Assembly (NCBI GenBank): GCA_034520965.1
Contig: JAXHMY010000009.1
Location: 224,557-288,556, forward strand
DNA length: 64,000 bases
Source of the DNA: Spirochaetia bacterium
GTDB taxonomy: Bacteria > Spirochaetota > Spirochaetia > DSM-16054 > Sediminispirochaetaceae
Reading direction: 5' to 3'
The notes under the pieces are model-generated. The model was not told where the DNA came from. It did no database searches and saw nothing but the letters and a program-made list of their open reading frames with translations. The translations under genes were made by a program, and so were the position numbers. Below are positions 11,868 through 22,301 of this stretch, in pieces. Position 1 is the stretch's first letter. The number at the start of each line of letters is the position of its first letter.

Positions 11868-12650
11868 CTATTCGTAGCCGTGGAACTGGGGCGGCTTGTC
11901 CAGTTCGGCGGAGAACCACTCGGCCAGAGCTGCCATAGGATGATCAATTTTTATCACCCGGCGAATAGTGTAGGAGCACCATGCAAACTTGTCCCGGGAA
12001 ACCGCGGCGGTTCCGCTGCGCCCGGAATGCTGGTAGTTGAAAAAGCCGGTTATCCCGTCTAGAAAAAGGCGTTTTGCATAGCTGAAGTTTTTTATCTGCT
12101 GGGTGCTGGACAGCGACTGCAGGGGGTGGCGGCTGTAGGCGGAGAACAGGGCGGCGAAATCGGGGTCGTACAGGCGGCTCCAGTGAAAAATCGTCCTTAA
12201 AATAGTGGTGTTGCGCCGCTTAAGACCGTGCATCGCCCGAATCCGGTAGTTGTACATACCGCTGCTGAAAAAGGCCTGCAGCCCCACATACAGGCAGCCC
12301 CGCGGGGGCAGGCGTAGGTCAAACCCGGTTTCCCGCACCAACTGCCGGGGGTCGAAGGGCTTCGGTTTTGGGGGCCCCTGCTGGTGTGAGCCCTGCTGTT
12401 CCGAAGCGTGGTGCTGCTGGGGAGGCGGCTGGGGGGCGGCGGTTTGAGCTCCCACCAAAAGGCGGGCGGTCTCCTGCTCATACACCTGCCGCAGCTCGAT
12501 GAACTCCTCGCCGGTGCCGCCGGTGGCATCGGGATGGCAGCGCTTGCTGAGCAGGCGGTAGAAGTGGTCCAGCTCCCGCAGGCTGTAGCTGTTTTGTGCA
12601 AGCAGTGAACGCAGTAAATCGGCGGGAGTGGGGGTGGGTCTCTTTTCCAT
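11868..12650 (-). CDS. J-domain-like protein
   Basis: YRLLSKRCHPDATGG (HPD motif) near N-terminus, then Q/P-rich linker and an unknown domain. Confidence 0.6.
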   Translation of the reverse strand: MEKRPTPTPADLLRSLLAQNSYSLRELDHFYRLLSKRCHPDATGGTGEEFIELRQVYEQETARLLVGAQTAAPQPPPQQHHASEQQGSHQQGPPKPKPFDPRQLVRETGFDLRLPPRGCLYVGLQAFFSSGMYNYRIRAMHGLKRRNTTILRTIFHWSRLYDPDFAALFSAYSRHPLQSLSSTQQIKNFSYAKRLFLDGITGFFNYQHSGRSGTAAVSRDKFAWCSYTIRRVIKIDHPMAALAEWFSAELDKPPQFHGYE

Positions 12651-12689
12651 ACCTGTAAAAAAGAATAGCATAGAAATCAGGAGGATGGA

Positions 12690-13448
12690 ATGCGCTATTA
12701 TATTATTACTGGTGCAAGTCGTGGCATTGGAGCAGGCCTTGTCCGGGCCCTGCTGCAGCCGGGCAACGTGATCTTTGCCCTGGCACGGCACGAGAACCCC
12801 GACCTGCTAAAGGCGGCACAGGCTGCCGGGAGTGAACTCTCCTTTCACCGCATCGATTTATCCGAGAGCCCGGCCATCGAACCGCTGCTCAGCGAGCTGT
12901 TCAGCCGGATCGATCTGCAGCATGCCGAGGGAGTGTATCTGGTGAATAATGCGGGGGTGCTCTCGCCGATCGGTCCGCTGGAGGCCCATTCCCTTAAGGA
13001 GGATGAGTTTCATCTGCGGGTGAACCTGCTGGCCCCCATGCGGCTGACCGCCGGTTTTATAGGGCGAACCCGAGAGTTCCGTGGCCGCAAGGTGGTGGCC
13101 AACATCTCCTCCGGTGCCGCCCAGCGGGCCTACTTCGGCTGGAGCAGCTACTGCAGCGGCAAGGCTGGGTTAGAAATGTTCACCCGGGTTGCGGGGCTCG
13201 AGCAGCAGCAGGCGGACTGGCCGGTGGTGGTGTATGCGATCGCACCGGGTATTGTGGACACGGAGATGCAGAGCAAAATCCGCAAGGCCGACGATACCCA
13301 GTTTCGGGACAAGCCAAAGTTTATTCGCTACCATGAGAAGGGCTATCTGGCCTCGCCGGAGGATACCGGACGGGCATTGGCCAAAACCCTGGACGACCCT
13401 GAAATTAAAACCGGGGATGTACTCGATATTCGTGACCGGGTAAAATAG
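12690..13448 (+). CDS. short-chain dehydrogenase (benzil/sepiapterin reductase-like)
   Basis: TGASRGIG, NNAG, ISSGAA, YCSGK. Confidence 0.9.
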   Translation: MRYYIITGASRGIGAGLVRALLQPGNVIFALARHENPDLLKAAQAAGSELSFHRIDLSESPAIEPLLSELFSRIDLQHAEGVYLVNNAGVLSPIGPLEAHSLKEDEFHLRVNLLAPMRLTAGFIGRTREFRGRKVVANISSGAAQRAYFGWSSYCSGKAGLEMFTRVAGLEQQQADWPVVVYAIAPGIVDTEMQSKIRKADDTQFRDKPKFIRYHEKGYLASPEDTGRALAKTLDDPEIKTGDVLDIRDRVK

Positions 13449-13500
13449 CCCCGCAGTCGTAAACCACAGGCGTAAACCACAGACGTAAAAGGAGCTTCAA

Positions 13501-14105
13501 GTGGAGCAGCAAGCCGCATTTTTCATATTTGTCCTGGTAACCACCTTTACCCCGGACCCAACAACATCTCATCGGCGAATCTGGCGGCGTCGTACGGATT
13601 CGAACCCACCTATCGCTACCGCCTGGGCATCTTTGCCGGGGTAGCATTGCTGATGCTGGTCTTGCGCTTTTCTCTCCGGCAGCGTGATGCAGTACTTTCC
13701 GGCGGCGGAGACCTACCTGCGCTACCTGGGGGCAGCCTATATCGTGTACCTGGCGCTGAGCATCCTTAAAACCAGCTATCAGATAGATGAGACCGGCCAG
13801 GCGGTGCTGCACATGCCCTTTCTTAAGGGTATCCTGCTGCAGCTGCTCAATCCGAAGCTGCTGGTTTTTGGTATCACCGTCTATTCAACCTATTTGCTTG
13901 GGCGGATAACGGAGGCTTGGATGCTGCCCCTCTGGCGCTGCTGCTGGCAGCTACCGCCCTTGCTTCTGTGACTCTTTGGGCTCTGGGGGGCGGCGCCGTC
14001 GGCCGCTTCGCCTCACGCCGTCCAGTACGCCTGGCGCTGAATGGAAGCTTATCCTTGCTGCTGCTGTTCTCCGCCTACCAGCTTTCGGGGCTGGGGGGCA
14101 CCTAA
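13501..14105 (+). pseudogene. LysE-family translocator, several frameshifts
   Basis: FTPGPNN, LRYLGAAYIVYLA and LQLLNPK pieces in different frames; AGGAG before GTG at 13501. Confidence 0.75.
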
Positions 14106-14986
14106 TTCAGCTGCCGGCGGGCGAGTTGGGTAAGTTCGGAGTCGGCGTCCAGTTGAAGGACCATCTGCAGCGCCTGGCGGGCGTTATCCTGCTGCCCCAG
14201 CTGCTGAAGGGCGATTGCATAAAGGTAGTATCCTAGCTGTTTACGGCTGTCTGTGTTGACCTGGTAGATGTAGTTTTTTAAGTGCTCCGCTGCCAAGGAG
14301 TAGTCCCTTGCTTCGAGCTGCAGGCGACCTTTTAACAACAGAAATTCTGGGTAGACCGTACTGAACTGATTTGCTGAGTGCTGCTGAGCTATCTGCAAAG
14401 CCGGGCCCTTTTGACCGCTGCCGAGATAGGACGCGGATAGGTAGTACCAGTATTCGCTTTCATCGCTCAGGACAATGGGTTCCACTTCATTTTCCAGGAT
14501 ATCGATGGCCAGAGTAAATTCACCACTGTCATAGGCGGCGCGGGCTTCATCAAAGCTCATGCTGTCTTCTTCTATCCAGGTGATGCTTGGGTTGCCGTCG
14601 GCGACATCTCCGCGGACTCCCATCGCCTGGCTCTGGGATCGAGAAGCAGCGGAGCCCATTTTGGCTATACGGCCAAACACCGAGGATATTACCCTTGATT
14701 CATCCTGCGGCTTCTGTGAGGCAGCCGCCTGGAGACGGTAGCTTCCCGGCTTTGAGAACAGAAGGGTTGTGCCCGGGCTGCTGAACTCGGCCACGGCCCC
14801 TGGGCCAAGGCGGACCGTAGTGTCGGCGGCAAGGCTGTCACCGCTCATCAACCCTGACCAGCCGCTTTGGGTTTTAACTGACACTTCACCGTTGCTGTAG
14901 ATAAGCTGAAAATCTTCCGCGGAAAGAGCCTGGCCTGCCAGGAACAATACCACTACTACTACTAAAAGGAACAGGTGTTTTCTCAT
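14102..14986 (-). CDS. exported TPR-containing protein with FecR-like N-terminus
   Basis: signal peptide, beta-rich N-terminal region ending AMGVRG, helical TPR-like C-terminus. Confidence 0.6.
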   Translation of the reverse strand: MRKHLFLLVVVVVLFLAGQALSAEDFQLIYSNGEVSVKTQSGWSGLMSGDSLAADTTVRLGPGAVAEFSSPGTTLLFSKPGSYRLQAAASQKPQDESRVISSVFGRIAKMGSAASRSQSQAMGVRGDVADGNPSITWIEEDSMSFDEARAAYDSGEFTLAIDILENEVEPIVLSDESEYWYYLSASYLGSGQKGPALQIAQQHSANQFSTVYPEFLLLKGRLQLEARDYSLAAEHLKNYIYQVNTDSRKQLGYYLYAIALQQLGQQDNARQALQMVLQLDADSELTQLARRQLN

Positions 14987-15094
14987 AACGACCTCTCTAC
15001 TCTAAACTATAGCAGGTATTTCTGAAAAAACAACTCCGCGAGCGTGTTTACTATGTCAAAAATACAGCCCTCCGAGGCGATCCGGGGGGGGGAT

Positions 15095-15304
15095 TCAGCA
15101 GAGGCTGCCGGTGTAGTAGCTGCGGATCGCCCGGCCGGCCGAGCTGGGCGAGGCCGGCCGGGGGCTGCCCATAGTACCGGCAAATTGGGGCATCTTTGCA
15201 TATGCATAGGGGCTTTGAGAGCCTTGGTTTTGCCCGGGGGCGCTGCCGGCATGGGTGGTTGATTGCTTTGTTGCTTGATCGTTTCTCATTCGCGTGTTCT
15301 CCAT
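15095..15304 (-). CDS. small hypothetical protein downstream of trpB2
   Basis: AAGGAG RBS overlapping the trpB2 stop; 69 aa, low complexity. Confidence 0.4.
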   Translation of the reverse strand: MENTRMRNDQATKQSTTHAGSAPGQNQGSQSPYAYAKMPQFAGTMGSPRPASPSSAGRAIRSYYTGSLC

Positions 15305-15314
15305 AATAATCTCC

Positions 15315-16674
15315 TTATATTTGTGGAAGGGCTAATTCTGCTTTTCTGACGGCCTCTTCGGGGTACTCGTAGTCTTCCAGACTGCCGCTGAGGTAGGCCT
15401 GGTAGCTGGACATGTCGAAGTGTCCATGTCCCGAGAGGCCGAAGAGGATGACCTTCTGTTGACCGGAGTCGGTGCAGGCCTTGGCGGCGCGGATGGCCGA
15501 GGCGATGGCGTGGGCCGATTCAGGGGCGGGGATAATGCCCTCGGTTTTGGCGAAGAGCATGGCCGCCTCGAAGGTTTCGATTTGCTTGAGGGCCTCGGAG
15601 CGGATGACCCCGGCGTGTTTGAGGATCGAAACGATGGGCGAGGCGCCGTGGTAGCGGAGCCCACCGGCGTGAACGGTAGGGGGGACAAAGTCGTGGCCCA
15701 GGGTGTACATGCGGGTCAGGGGGATGTATTTGCCCGAGTCGCCGTAGTCGAAGGCGTAGAGGCCCTTGCTGAGGGTGGGGCAGGCCAGGGGCTCGGAGGC
15801 GATGATGTCGATGTCCCGGCCGTCCATTTTCTCGCGCAGGTAGGGGATGGCGAGTCCCCCGAAATTGCTGCCCCCTCCGTGACAGCCGATAATTACGTCG
15901 GGCTGAATGCCGAGGCTTTCGAGTACCGTTTTGGTTTCGTTGCCGATAACTGTCTGGTGGAGGAGCACATGGTTGAGCACCGAACCGAGGGCGTAGTTGG
16001 TGCCCTCCTCGGCGGCGGCCAGTTCCACGGCCTCGCTAATGGCCATGCCCAGGGAGCCGGGGTAGTTGGCTTTGTCCTTGAGGAAGCTGCGGCCGGCCTC
16101 GGTATTTTCGGAGGGGCTGGGCTGGACGTCGCCGCCGTAGGTCTGCATCATGATGCGGCGGGCGGGTTTTTGGTCGTAGCTGGCCCGCACCATAAACACG
16201 CGGATGTCCAGTCCGAAGCGCCCGCCGGCAAAGGAGAGGGCGCTGCCCCACTGGCCGGCGCCGGTTTCGGTGGTAAGCCGGGTGATGCCGGCCTGCTTGT
16301 TGTAGTAGGCCTGGGCAAGGGCGGTATTGGGTTTGTGACTGCCCGTGGGGCTGACTCCTTCGTGCTTGAAAAAGATCTTGGCCGGGGTGCCGAGGGCTTT
16401 TTCCAGAAACCGGGCCCGGATAAGGGGGGTGGGCCGGTAGCAGTGAGTAGGCCTCCATTATATCTTCGGGGATGTCGATTTCCGGTTTTTGGCTGACCTC
16501 CTGCTCCAGCAGCGAGTCGGGGAAGATCGACTGCATGGCTTGCAAGGGCACCGGCGTGCCGTCGGCGGGGTTAAGCATCGGGGCCAGCGGCTCGGGCAAG
16601 TCCGGGATGATGTTGGTCCACGTGCGGGGAATGTCTTCTGTGGGGAGTTGGAAGATTCGTCCGTTTGATTGCAT
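15315..16674 (-). CDS. trpB2: TrpB-like PLP enzyme (TrpB2), frameshift near 16440
   Basis: [14 protein letters not shown]-terminus, [52 protein letters not shown]. Confidence 0.9.
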
Positions 16675-16700
16675 GGTGCTTCTCCTTTGTGTCTTTCCAT

Positions 16701-16734
16701 AAAAAAAGCCCGGTACCTTCACAGGCCCGGGCTT
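16701..16734 (-). terminator. intrinsic terminator 2 of trpB2 leader
   Basis: minus strand AAGCCCGG..CCGGGCTT followed by U run. Confidence 0.7.
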
Positions 16735-16745
16735 GTCATTGCCAT

Positions 16746-16794
16746 AAAAAACCGCGGGCGGTTACCTCTCATAGACCGAGAGGACCACCCGCGG
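16746..16794 (-). terminator. attenuator terminator 1 of trpB2 leader
   Basis: minus strand CCGCGGGTGGT-CCTCTC..GAGAGG-TAACCGCCCGCGG-TTTTTT. Confidence 0.75.
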
Positions 16795-16815
16795 CCTTAC
16801 CGGAATACGCTTTGT

Positions 16816-16908
16816 CTAGCGGGGTTCGGAACGCGGTGCCTCTCCGCAATTCCGCCACCACCAGGAGTACATGTGAGAAATGTTATGTACAATTACTCTC
16901 TTGTTCAT
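16816..16908 (-). CDS. trpL: Trp leader peptide MNKRVIVHNISHMYSWWWRNCGEAPRSEPR
   Basis: hand translation; three consecutive TGG codons between promoter and terminators upstream of trpB2; alternative ATG at 16872. Confidence 0.85.
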   Translation of the reverse strand: MNKRVIVHNISHMYSWWWRNCGEAPRSEPR

Positions 16909-16916
16909 TGCGTGTT

Positions 16917-16945
16917 ACTATACATAGATACGGAAGATTTGTCAA
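16917..16945 (-). promoter_or_regulatory. sigma70 promoter TTGACA-N17-TATAGT
   Basis: near-consensus boxes, 17-nt spacer, 8 nt before the leader ATG. Confidence 0.8.
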
Positions 16946-16974
16946 ACAGTTTTTTTGCATTTTTTTGCTTTGGC

Positions 16975-17021
16975 GGGGCAATGGGGCATGGGGCATGGGG
17001 CATGGGGCATGGGGCATGGGG
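16975..17021 (+). repeat. heptamer tandem repeat (ATGGGGC)x~6
   Basis: read directly; seven GGGG runs. Confidence 0.9.
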
Positions 17022-17283
17022 TGGCGGAGGCTGAATTTGCGGTGTTGTTGGGTTAGAAAACCCCGTAGCTCGATGCCGTAAGTCAATGTTTTTTAGGCAA
17101 AATATTAGTGACTAACAGCATCGAGCTACAGGGGTATGGGAGCGGTAGCCCGGCACACGCGCTTTGAGCAGTATTGGGTGGGGGCAGGATTTAATAAATA
17201 TTACAAAAAAAGTAATAAATACCACCCGTTGAGAACTTTTTTCATTATATTGAAGTAGTGATAGAGTGGGAGGAGGTGTGATT

Positions 17284-18604
17284 ATGCGTATCCTCATGGT
17301 TTCTTTAACTATTTTACTAATGAGTGCTGCACTTGCCTGTGGTACCGGTACTACGGAGAAGGCTGAACAGCCGGCAGATAGGCCGGATGTCGAGTCAGCC
17401 ACTGGGTCAGAGACTGGGTCAGAGGCTGGACCGGATGTTGGTTCAGGTAGGGACAGCCACGGTCAAAGCGGCCTGATAGAGAACCCTGGGCCGATTCCCT
17501 CCGGCGCCCTTGGGGAGTTTTCTACCGACTTTACCCGCTCGGCTATTACCTTCGAGACGATTCTCTCCGGCGGTCCGCCAAAGGACGGTATTCCTTCTAT
17601 CGACTCGCCTGCGTTTATTTCAATTGAAGCTGCGGACCGGTGGATCGGCCCGCAAGAGGCTGTTCTGGTGTTACGTTATAAAGGTCGTGTGCGGGTATAC
17701 CCCCTGCAAATTCTGATGTGGCACGAGATCGTGAACGACGAAATAGATGGTACATCGGTGATCGTTACTTATTGTCCTCTGTGCAATACAGGGGTTGCCT
17801 TTAAAGGGGAAATTGACGGTCAGTCTATGAATTTCGGCACCACCGGCCGCCTTCGCTACAGTAACCTGATTATGTATGACCGGCAGAGTGAAACCTGGTG
17901 GCAGCAGGCCAGCGGCCGCGGCTTAATCGGAAAGTATGCCGGACGCTCCCTCCCAATGCTGCCGATATCAATTCTCCCGTGGAACGAGGTCCTTCGCATC
18001 TATGGAGGAACAGAATCGGGCCCGGAGGATGGTGCATCCGGCGACCTTGGTACGTTCTATACGAGTGAAAATAGCCCGGTAGAAGTATTGTCCAAGGAAA
18101 CCGGTCATTCTCGACCCTATGGGAATAATCCTTATCAAGGGTATGACACGAACAGCTCCGCCTTTCTGTACGCCGGTCCGGAGACCCCGATGAGTACTGA
18201 AACAATGGAGAGGGTGTTGGCGGTACAAGTGGAGGATGAGGAGCGAGCGTTTCCCTTTGAGCAACTGAAATCCGAGAAGGTGATACGAGGCCCTGGCAGG
18301 CGACCGCCGGGTGGTGGTGTTCTGGCAGCCGGGAACGGCCTCGGCGCTGGATGCAGGACGGCTGGCAGAGGGACGGGATGTAGGCAGCGCCCAGGCGTAT
18401 TATCCGGTTCTTGAGGACCGGGAATCCGGCAACCGCACCCCCCTCACCTTCCAATGGAACGGGGAGGCCATTCGCGATGAAGAGACCGGAAGCCGCTGGA
18501 GTGTCTCCGGCCGGGCAATCGACGGGCCCTTAGCGGCGGCTCAGCTTGAATCGCCGGTTTCTATCAACCACTTTTGGTTTTCCTGGAATGCCTTCCAAAA
18601 TTAA
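17284..18604 (+). CDS. DUF3179-family lipoprotein (frameshift near 18290)
   Basis: lipobox-like LAC, GGPPKDGIPSID, WHEIVND, TYCPLCNTG, MYDRQSETWWQQ; DEETGSRW and FWFSW in the second frame. Confidence 0.85.
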
Positions 18605-18671
18605 AAGCGTTTTTAAGGGTTTAAGTGAGGCTGCGCATCTTATAGAATGTACACAGCGAAGGAGGCGGAGT

Positions 18672-19034
18672 ATGGTGGATCATGCAGAAACCAAGAGTAG
18701 TTCGAACAGGAGACGCCGAACCAGGGTAAAGGCGGAGAAACTGCCGCCGGGAATGCGGAAGTTTCGTCTCGACTTTGGTTCCAACGAGGTTTACACGGGC
18801 ACCACTATCGATGCAAGCCTCACTAGTATATCTTTTTTTGTTGAAGTACCCACCAACCGCATCCGCGAGCACCTCGTCAAGCTCACCTCTGCAGACAAAA
18901 GGATACAGATGACCCAGGAACTTGTCTATGTAAAAGCGGTGGATCCTTCGCACTCGCGGATTAGTTTTATGCTGGAATCCGACAGCACACCGGAGATCTA
19001 CCGGCGTATTCTTAGCAAAGTGCTGAAGGGATAG
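18672..19034 (+). CDS. small PilZ-like protein
   Basis: RRRRTR followed by DASLTS (RxxxR / DxSxxG-like); GGAG RBS. Confidence 0.45.
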   Translation: MVDHAETKSSSNRRRRTRVKAEKLPPGMRKFRLDFGSNEVYTGTTIDASLTSISFFVEVPTNRIREHLVKLTSADKRIQMTQELVYVKAVDPSHSRISFMLESDSTPEIYRRILSKVLKG

Positions 19035-19208
19035 GGCATAGTCTTCAAATAGCTAAAGTAGATACAACTGTGAGTTCGCAGAGAGCATGGATGGCAGTTA
19101 AAGATAAAAAAGGAAGCCCGCTCTTTCCGGTGACCTCTTCATATACGGTCTGAGACAGGAACCTCCGGATTGTAAACGGGCTGAAGAAAATTTACTGAAT
19201 AGGTCTCT

Positions 19209-19982
19209 TTATGAAGTCTTTGTTTCCATTCGGTAGATAGCCTCAAGAACGACTTGGATTTCGTTTTCCCAACCTTTTACCAGTGATGTGTTTTCGCGGT
19301 CATATACAACCTCCCCTGTGACGAGGTTTCCGGAGACAGCTGAAATCATCCCTGCCCTTTTTTTTCTCCGCTGGCAGACGGTATAGAGGGCAGAGCTTTC
19401 CATTTCGATGTTGAGAAGTCCATAGCTGGCAAGCTTCTGTATCCACTCTTCTGTTTCTCCGTAGAAGGCATCATCAGTAGCGTTAAGGCCGTAGTGCCAA
19501 CTGTAGCCGAGCTTGGTGGACATATCTTTGGTAGTATCTATGAGAGCCCGGGTCAATTCGAAATCAGGTACCGCTGGAAACTGGTCCGGTAGGTAGAAAC
19601 GTGAGGTGCCCTCGTTTTTCATGGACCCAGTGGAGACGATGAGGTCTCCGAGGCCTATGTCTGGCTGGATAGTGCCGGTACTACCTATGCGGATAAGATT
19701 TTCTGCTCCTACATTGATCAACTCTTCAGCTGCTATCGCGGTAGAGGGGCACCCCATACCGGTTGAGGTAACAGAGATTGTTACGCCCCTGTAGGTCCCG
19801 GTAAAAGTTCGATGCTCCCTGTGGTCTGCTACTAACTTTGCGTTTTCTAAATAACCTGCGACCCTGTCTGAACGGGCGGGATCACCAGGTAGCAGCACGT
19901 ATTTGCCTATTTCCCCTGGGCTGACGTGGATGTGGTATTGGCGTATGCCCTGTGTCTCCTTATCCTTATTAAGTGTTGCCAT
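19209..19982 (-). CDS. udp: uridine/nucleoside phosphorylase
   Basis: QYHI, LPGDPAR, STGMGCPS, IRIGSTG, NIEMES. Confidence 0.88.
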   Translation of the reverse strand: MATLNKDKETQGIRQYHIHVSPGEIGKYVLLPGDPARSDRVAGYLENAKLVADHREHRTFTGTYRGVTISVTSTGMGCPSTAIAAEELINVGAENLIRIGSTGTIQPDIGLGDLIVSTGSMKNEGTSRFYLPDQFPAVPDFELTRALIDTTKDMSTKLGYSWHYGLNATDDAFYGETEEWIQKLASYGLLNIEMESSALYTVCQRRKKRAGMISAVSGNLVTGEVVYDRENTSLVKGWENEIQVVLEAIYRMETKTS

Positions 19983-20018
19983 CTACAATTCCTCCTTGTT
20001 TGATTCCATTATGATTTT

Positions 20019-21391
20019 TTATAGTAGCCCCGCCGACTGCATCAGCTGTCGACCAAGGGAAGATGCTCTTTCCAGGATCTCCTGCTTGTCCATAAGAACC
20101 TTACCGTTCTTTTTAAGGAAATTCCCATTCGCTATGGTGTTGCTTACTTTTGAGCCGTGGCTATTGTAGACCACGGCAGAGAATGCTTGGTCGGGGTGCT
20201 CTCTGTAGAATGGGGACTGAAGTCCCTCCTCTGTGTCGATGGTGATAATGTCGGCTCTCTTCCCAATCTCCAAACTTCCGATTTTTCCCTCTAAGTGGAG
20301 AGATTTGGCACCTTCTATTGTTGCCAGCCGCAGCGCCTGCCAGCAGTAAAAAAGGCTGCGTTTTCCTGCTTTTGCTTTTGAATGAGAACTCCTATCTTTA
20401 GGTCAGCCAGCAAGTCCAGTGAGTTGTTACTCTGGGCTCCATCCGTTCCTATACCTACGGTGATTCCATGGGACAATAGCTTCTGTAATGGCATTATTCC
20501 AGAGACGAGTTTAAGATTACTCACTGGATTATAAGATACTGAAGCGTTACTTTCCTTAAAGATCTGCATATCTGTCTTGTCTAGGTGGATACAATGGGCG
20601 GCAAGGACACGGTTTTCGAAAACTCCCCGGCTTTCAAGAAATCGGCTTGGGCTCATCCCCTGCTGCTCCTGCAGCATTCGGTTCTCATCTAAGGTTTCCG
20701 AAATGTGGGTATGGATAATGAGTTTGTGTTCCCGGGCTGCAGCTACAACTGCGTCCCAAGTGTCAGAATTGCAGCTGTAGGGTGCGTGAGGTCCTATGGC
20801 AGGTATAACACCCGTCTGTTCTTCGTGACCGCTATAGCGTTCGATAACTTTTAGGGCAGTCTCTAAGGTGTTCTTGCTTTCAGGAGAGGGTCCTGAGAAG
20901 ATAGATGGCGAGAGGAGGCACGTGATCCCTGTGTCCTTCACTGCCTCGGCAACATTCGCAGCAAAAAAATATTGGTCGGCGCAACTGGTTATACCGTTTT
21001 CTACAAATTCTAGGAATGCGAGACGGGCACCCCAGTAAGCGTGTTCTGCAGTTAAGTACTGTTCGGCCGGCCAGATAAGTGTCTTGAGCCAGTCCATAAG
21101 GTGAAGGTCGTCGGCCATGTTGCGAAAGAGAGGTGATACCGAATGGGTATGAGTATTTATGAGTCCCGGCATTACAATGTGGTTATCTACATTGTATATA
21201 GTACCTCTCGGTTCTACTTCGTTGGCTTTTCCCACGTTTGTGATGGTTCCATTCTCTACCACTACAGTACCACTGGGAATGACTTTGTCTTCCACGTCTA
21301 TGGTAAGTACTGTTCCTCCAACAAGAGAAAAGATGGTATCTTTTACTGATTCAGATGTGAAACTGGTTCTATGCATGTTTGACTTACTCAT
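20019..21391 (-). CDS. amidohydrolase, MTA/SAH (nucleoside) deaminase-like; frameshift near 20335
   Basis: PGLINTHTH, GPHAPY, HTHISET, AAHC, GTDGAQSNN; C-terminus (GKRADII) in the second frame. Confidence 0.85.
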
Positions 21392-22301
21392 CTGGTGCTC
21401 CTAGCGACTCTGGAGCGCGGCTCTTTCTTCCCGCCAAAACCAGGATAAGAAGGGTGACAATGTAGGGTAGCATCTGTATGAACTGATCGGGTATTTCAAA
21501 TTCGAGCATATTCAGCCTTATGGCTTGCGCAAAGGCAAAGATGAGCCCGGCACCGAAGGACCCAGCCGGGTTCCAGCCACCAAATATGTTTGCAGCCAGT
21601 GCCATAAACCCTCGGCCAGCTGTCATCCCTTGAACGAAGATATTGTTGTGCACTATAGAGAGGTAGGATCCACCTAAACCTGATAATACGCCGCTTAAGA
21701 TAACGCAGATGAAGCGATATTTCTTTATGGATATACCAGCGGTGCGTACTGCTTGAGGATGATCTCCGAGAGCCCTAAGTCTTAACCCAATGTTAGTCTT
21801 GAACATGACAAACCACGCAGTCGCTACCACTAGTATCATCAGGTAAAGAAGGGGGGTTTGGTCAGTAAAGAGATCACCAAGGTATGGAATTTTGTTTAGC
21901 AGTGGTACAGTTACCATATCGAGGGATTCTACCTGGGCAGACATTCCTTCTTTACCCCAGATAGCGCGAACTAGGATTACTGTTAGTCCTGCTGCAAGAA
22001 TGTTTATTCCTACCCCGCTTACCACTTGGTTTGCTTTGTAATGAACACTCAGGACGGCGTGGACAAGTCCAGCTAATCCTCCTAAGATCATTGCAAATAC
22101 CAACCCCATCCATGCCGAGCCGGTTAAAAAGGAACCAAGGACACCTCCGAAGGCCCCCATCAGCATCATGCCTTCAAGACCTATATTAATCACCCCGCTT
22201 CGCTCTGAAAGGGTACCTCCTACAGCGGCAAAGGTGATGGGAATGGCAAGACGAAAAGTTATGAGAACGATGTCCCAGGTTAGTACATCGAAGATCGGCA
22301 T
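21384..22301 (-). CDS. nucleoside ABC transporter permease
   Basis: ERSGVINIGLEG, NQVVSG, GRGFMALA, LPY. Confidence 0.9.
   Translation of the reverse strand: MPIFDVLTWDIVLITFRLAIPITFAAVGGTLSERSGVINIGLEGMMLMGAFGGVLGSFLTGSAWMGLVFAMILGGLAGLVHAVLSVHYKANQVVSGVGINILAAGLTVILVRAIWGKEGMSAQVESLDMVTVPLLNKIPYLGDLFTDQTPLLYLMILVVATAWFVMFKTNIGLRLRALGDHPQAVRTAGISIKKYRFICVILSGVLSGLGGSYLSIVHNNIFVQGMTAGRGFMALAANIFGGWNPAGSFGAGLIFAFAQAIRLNMLEFEIPDQFIQMLPYIVTLLILVLAGRKSRAPESLGAPDE

Noticed and set aside
13458..13490. Short tandem duplications (CGTAAACCACAG x2; also AAGCTTGCCGA x2 at 8341 and TGCCTGTCAA x2 at ~11630)
   Set aside because: Two-copy micro-duplications with no further structure or support for function.
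15420..16496. 358-aa plus-strand ORF and similar long antisense ORFs (e.g. 1768-2667, 34152-34910)
   Set aside because: Shadows of GC-rich genes on the opposite strand with no recognisable motifs.
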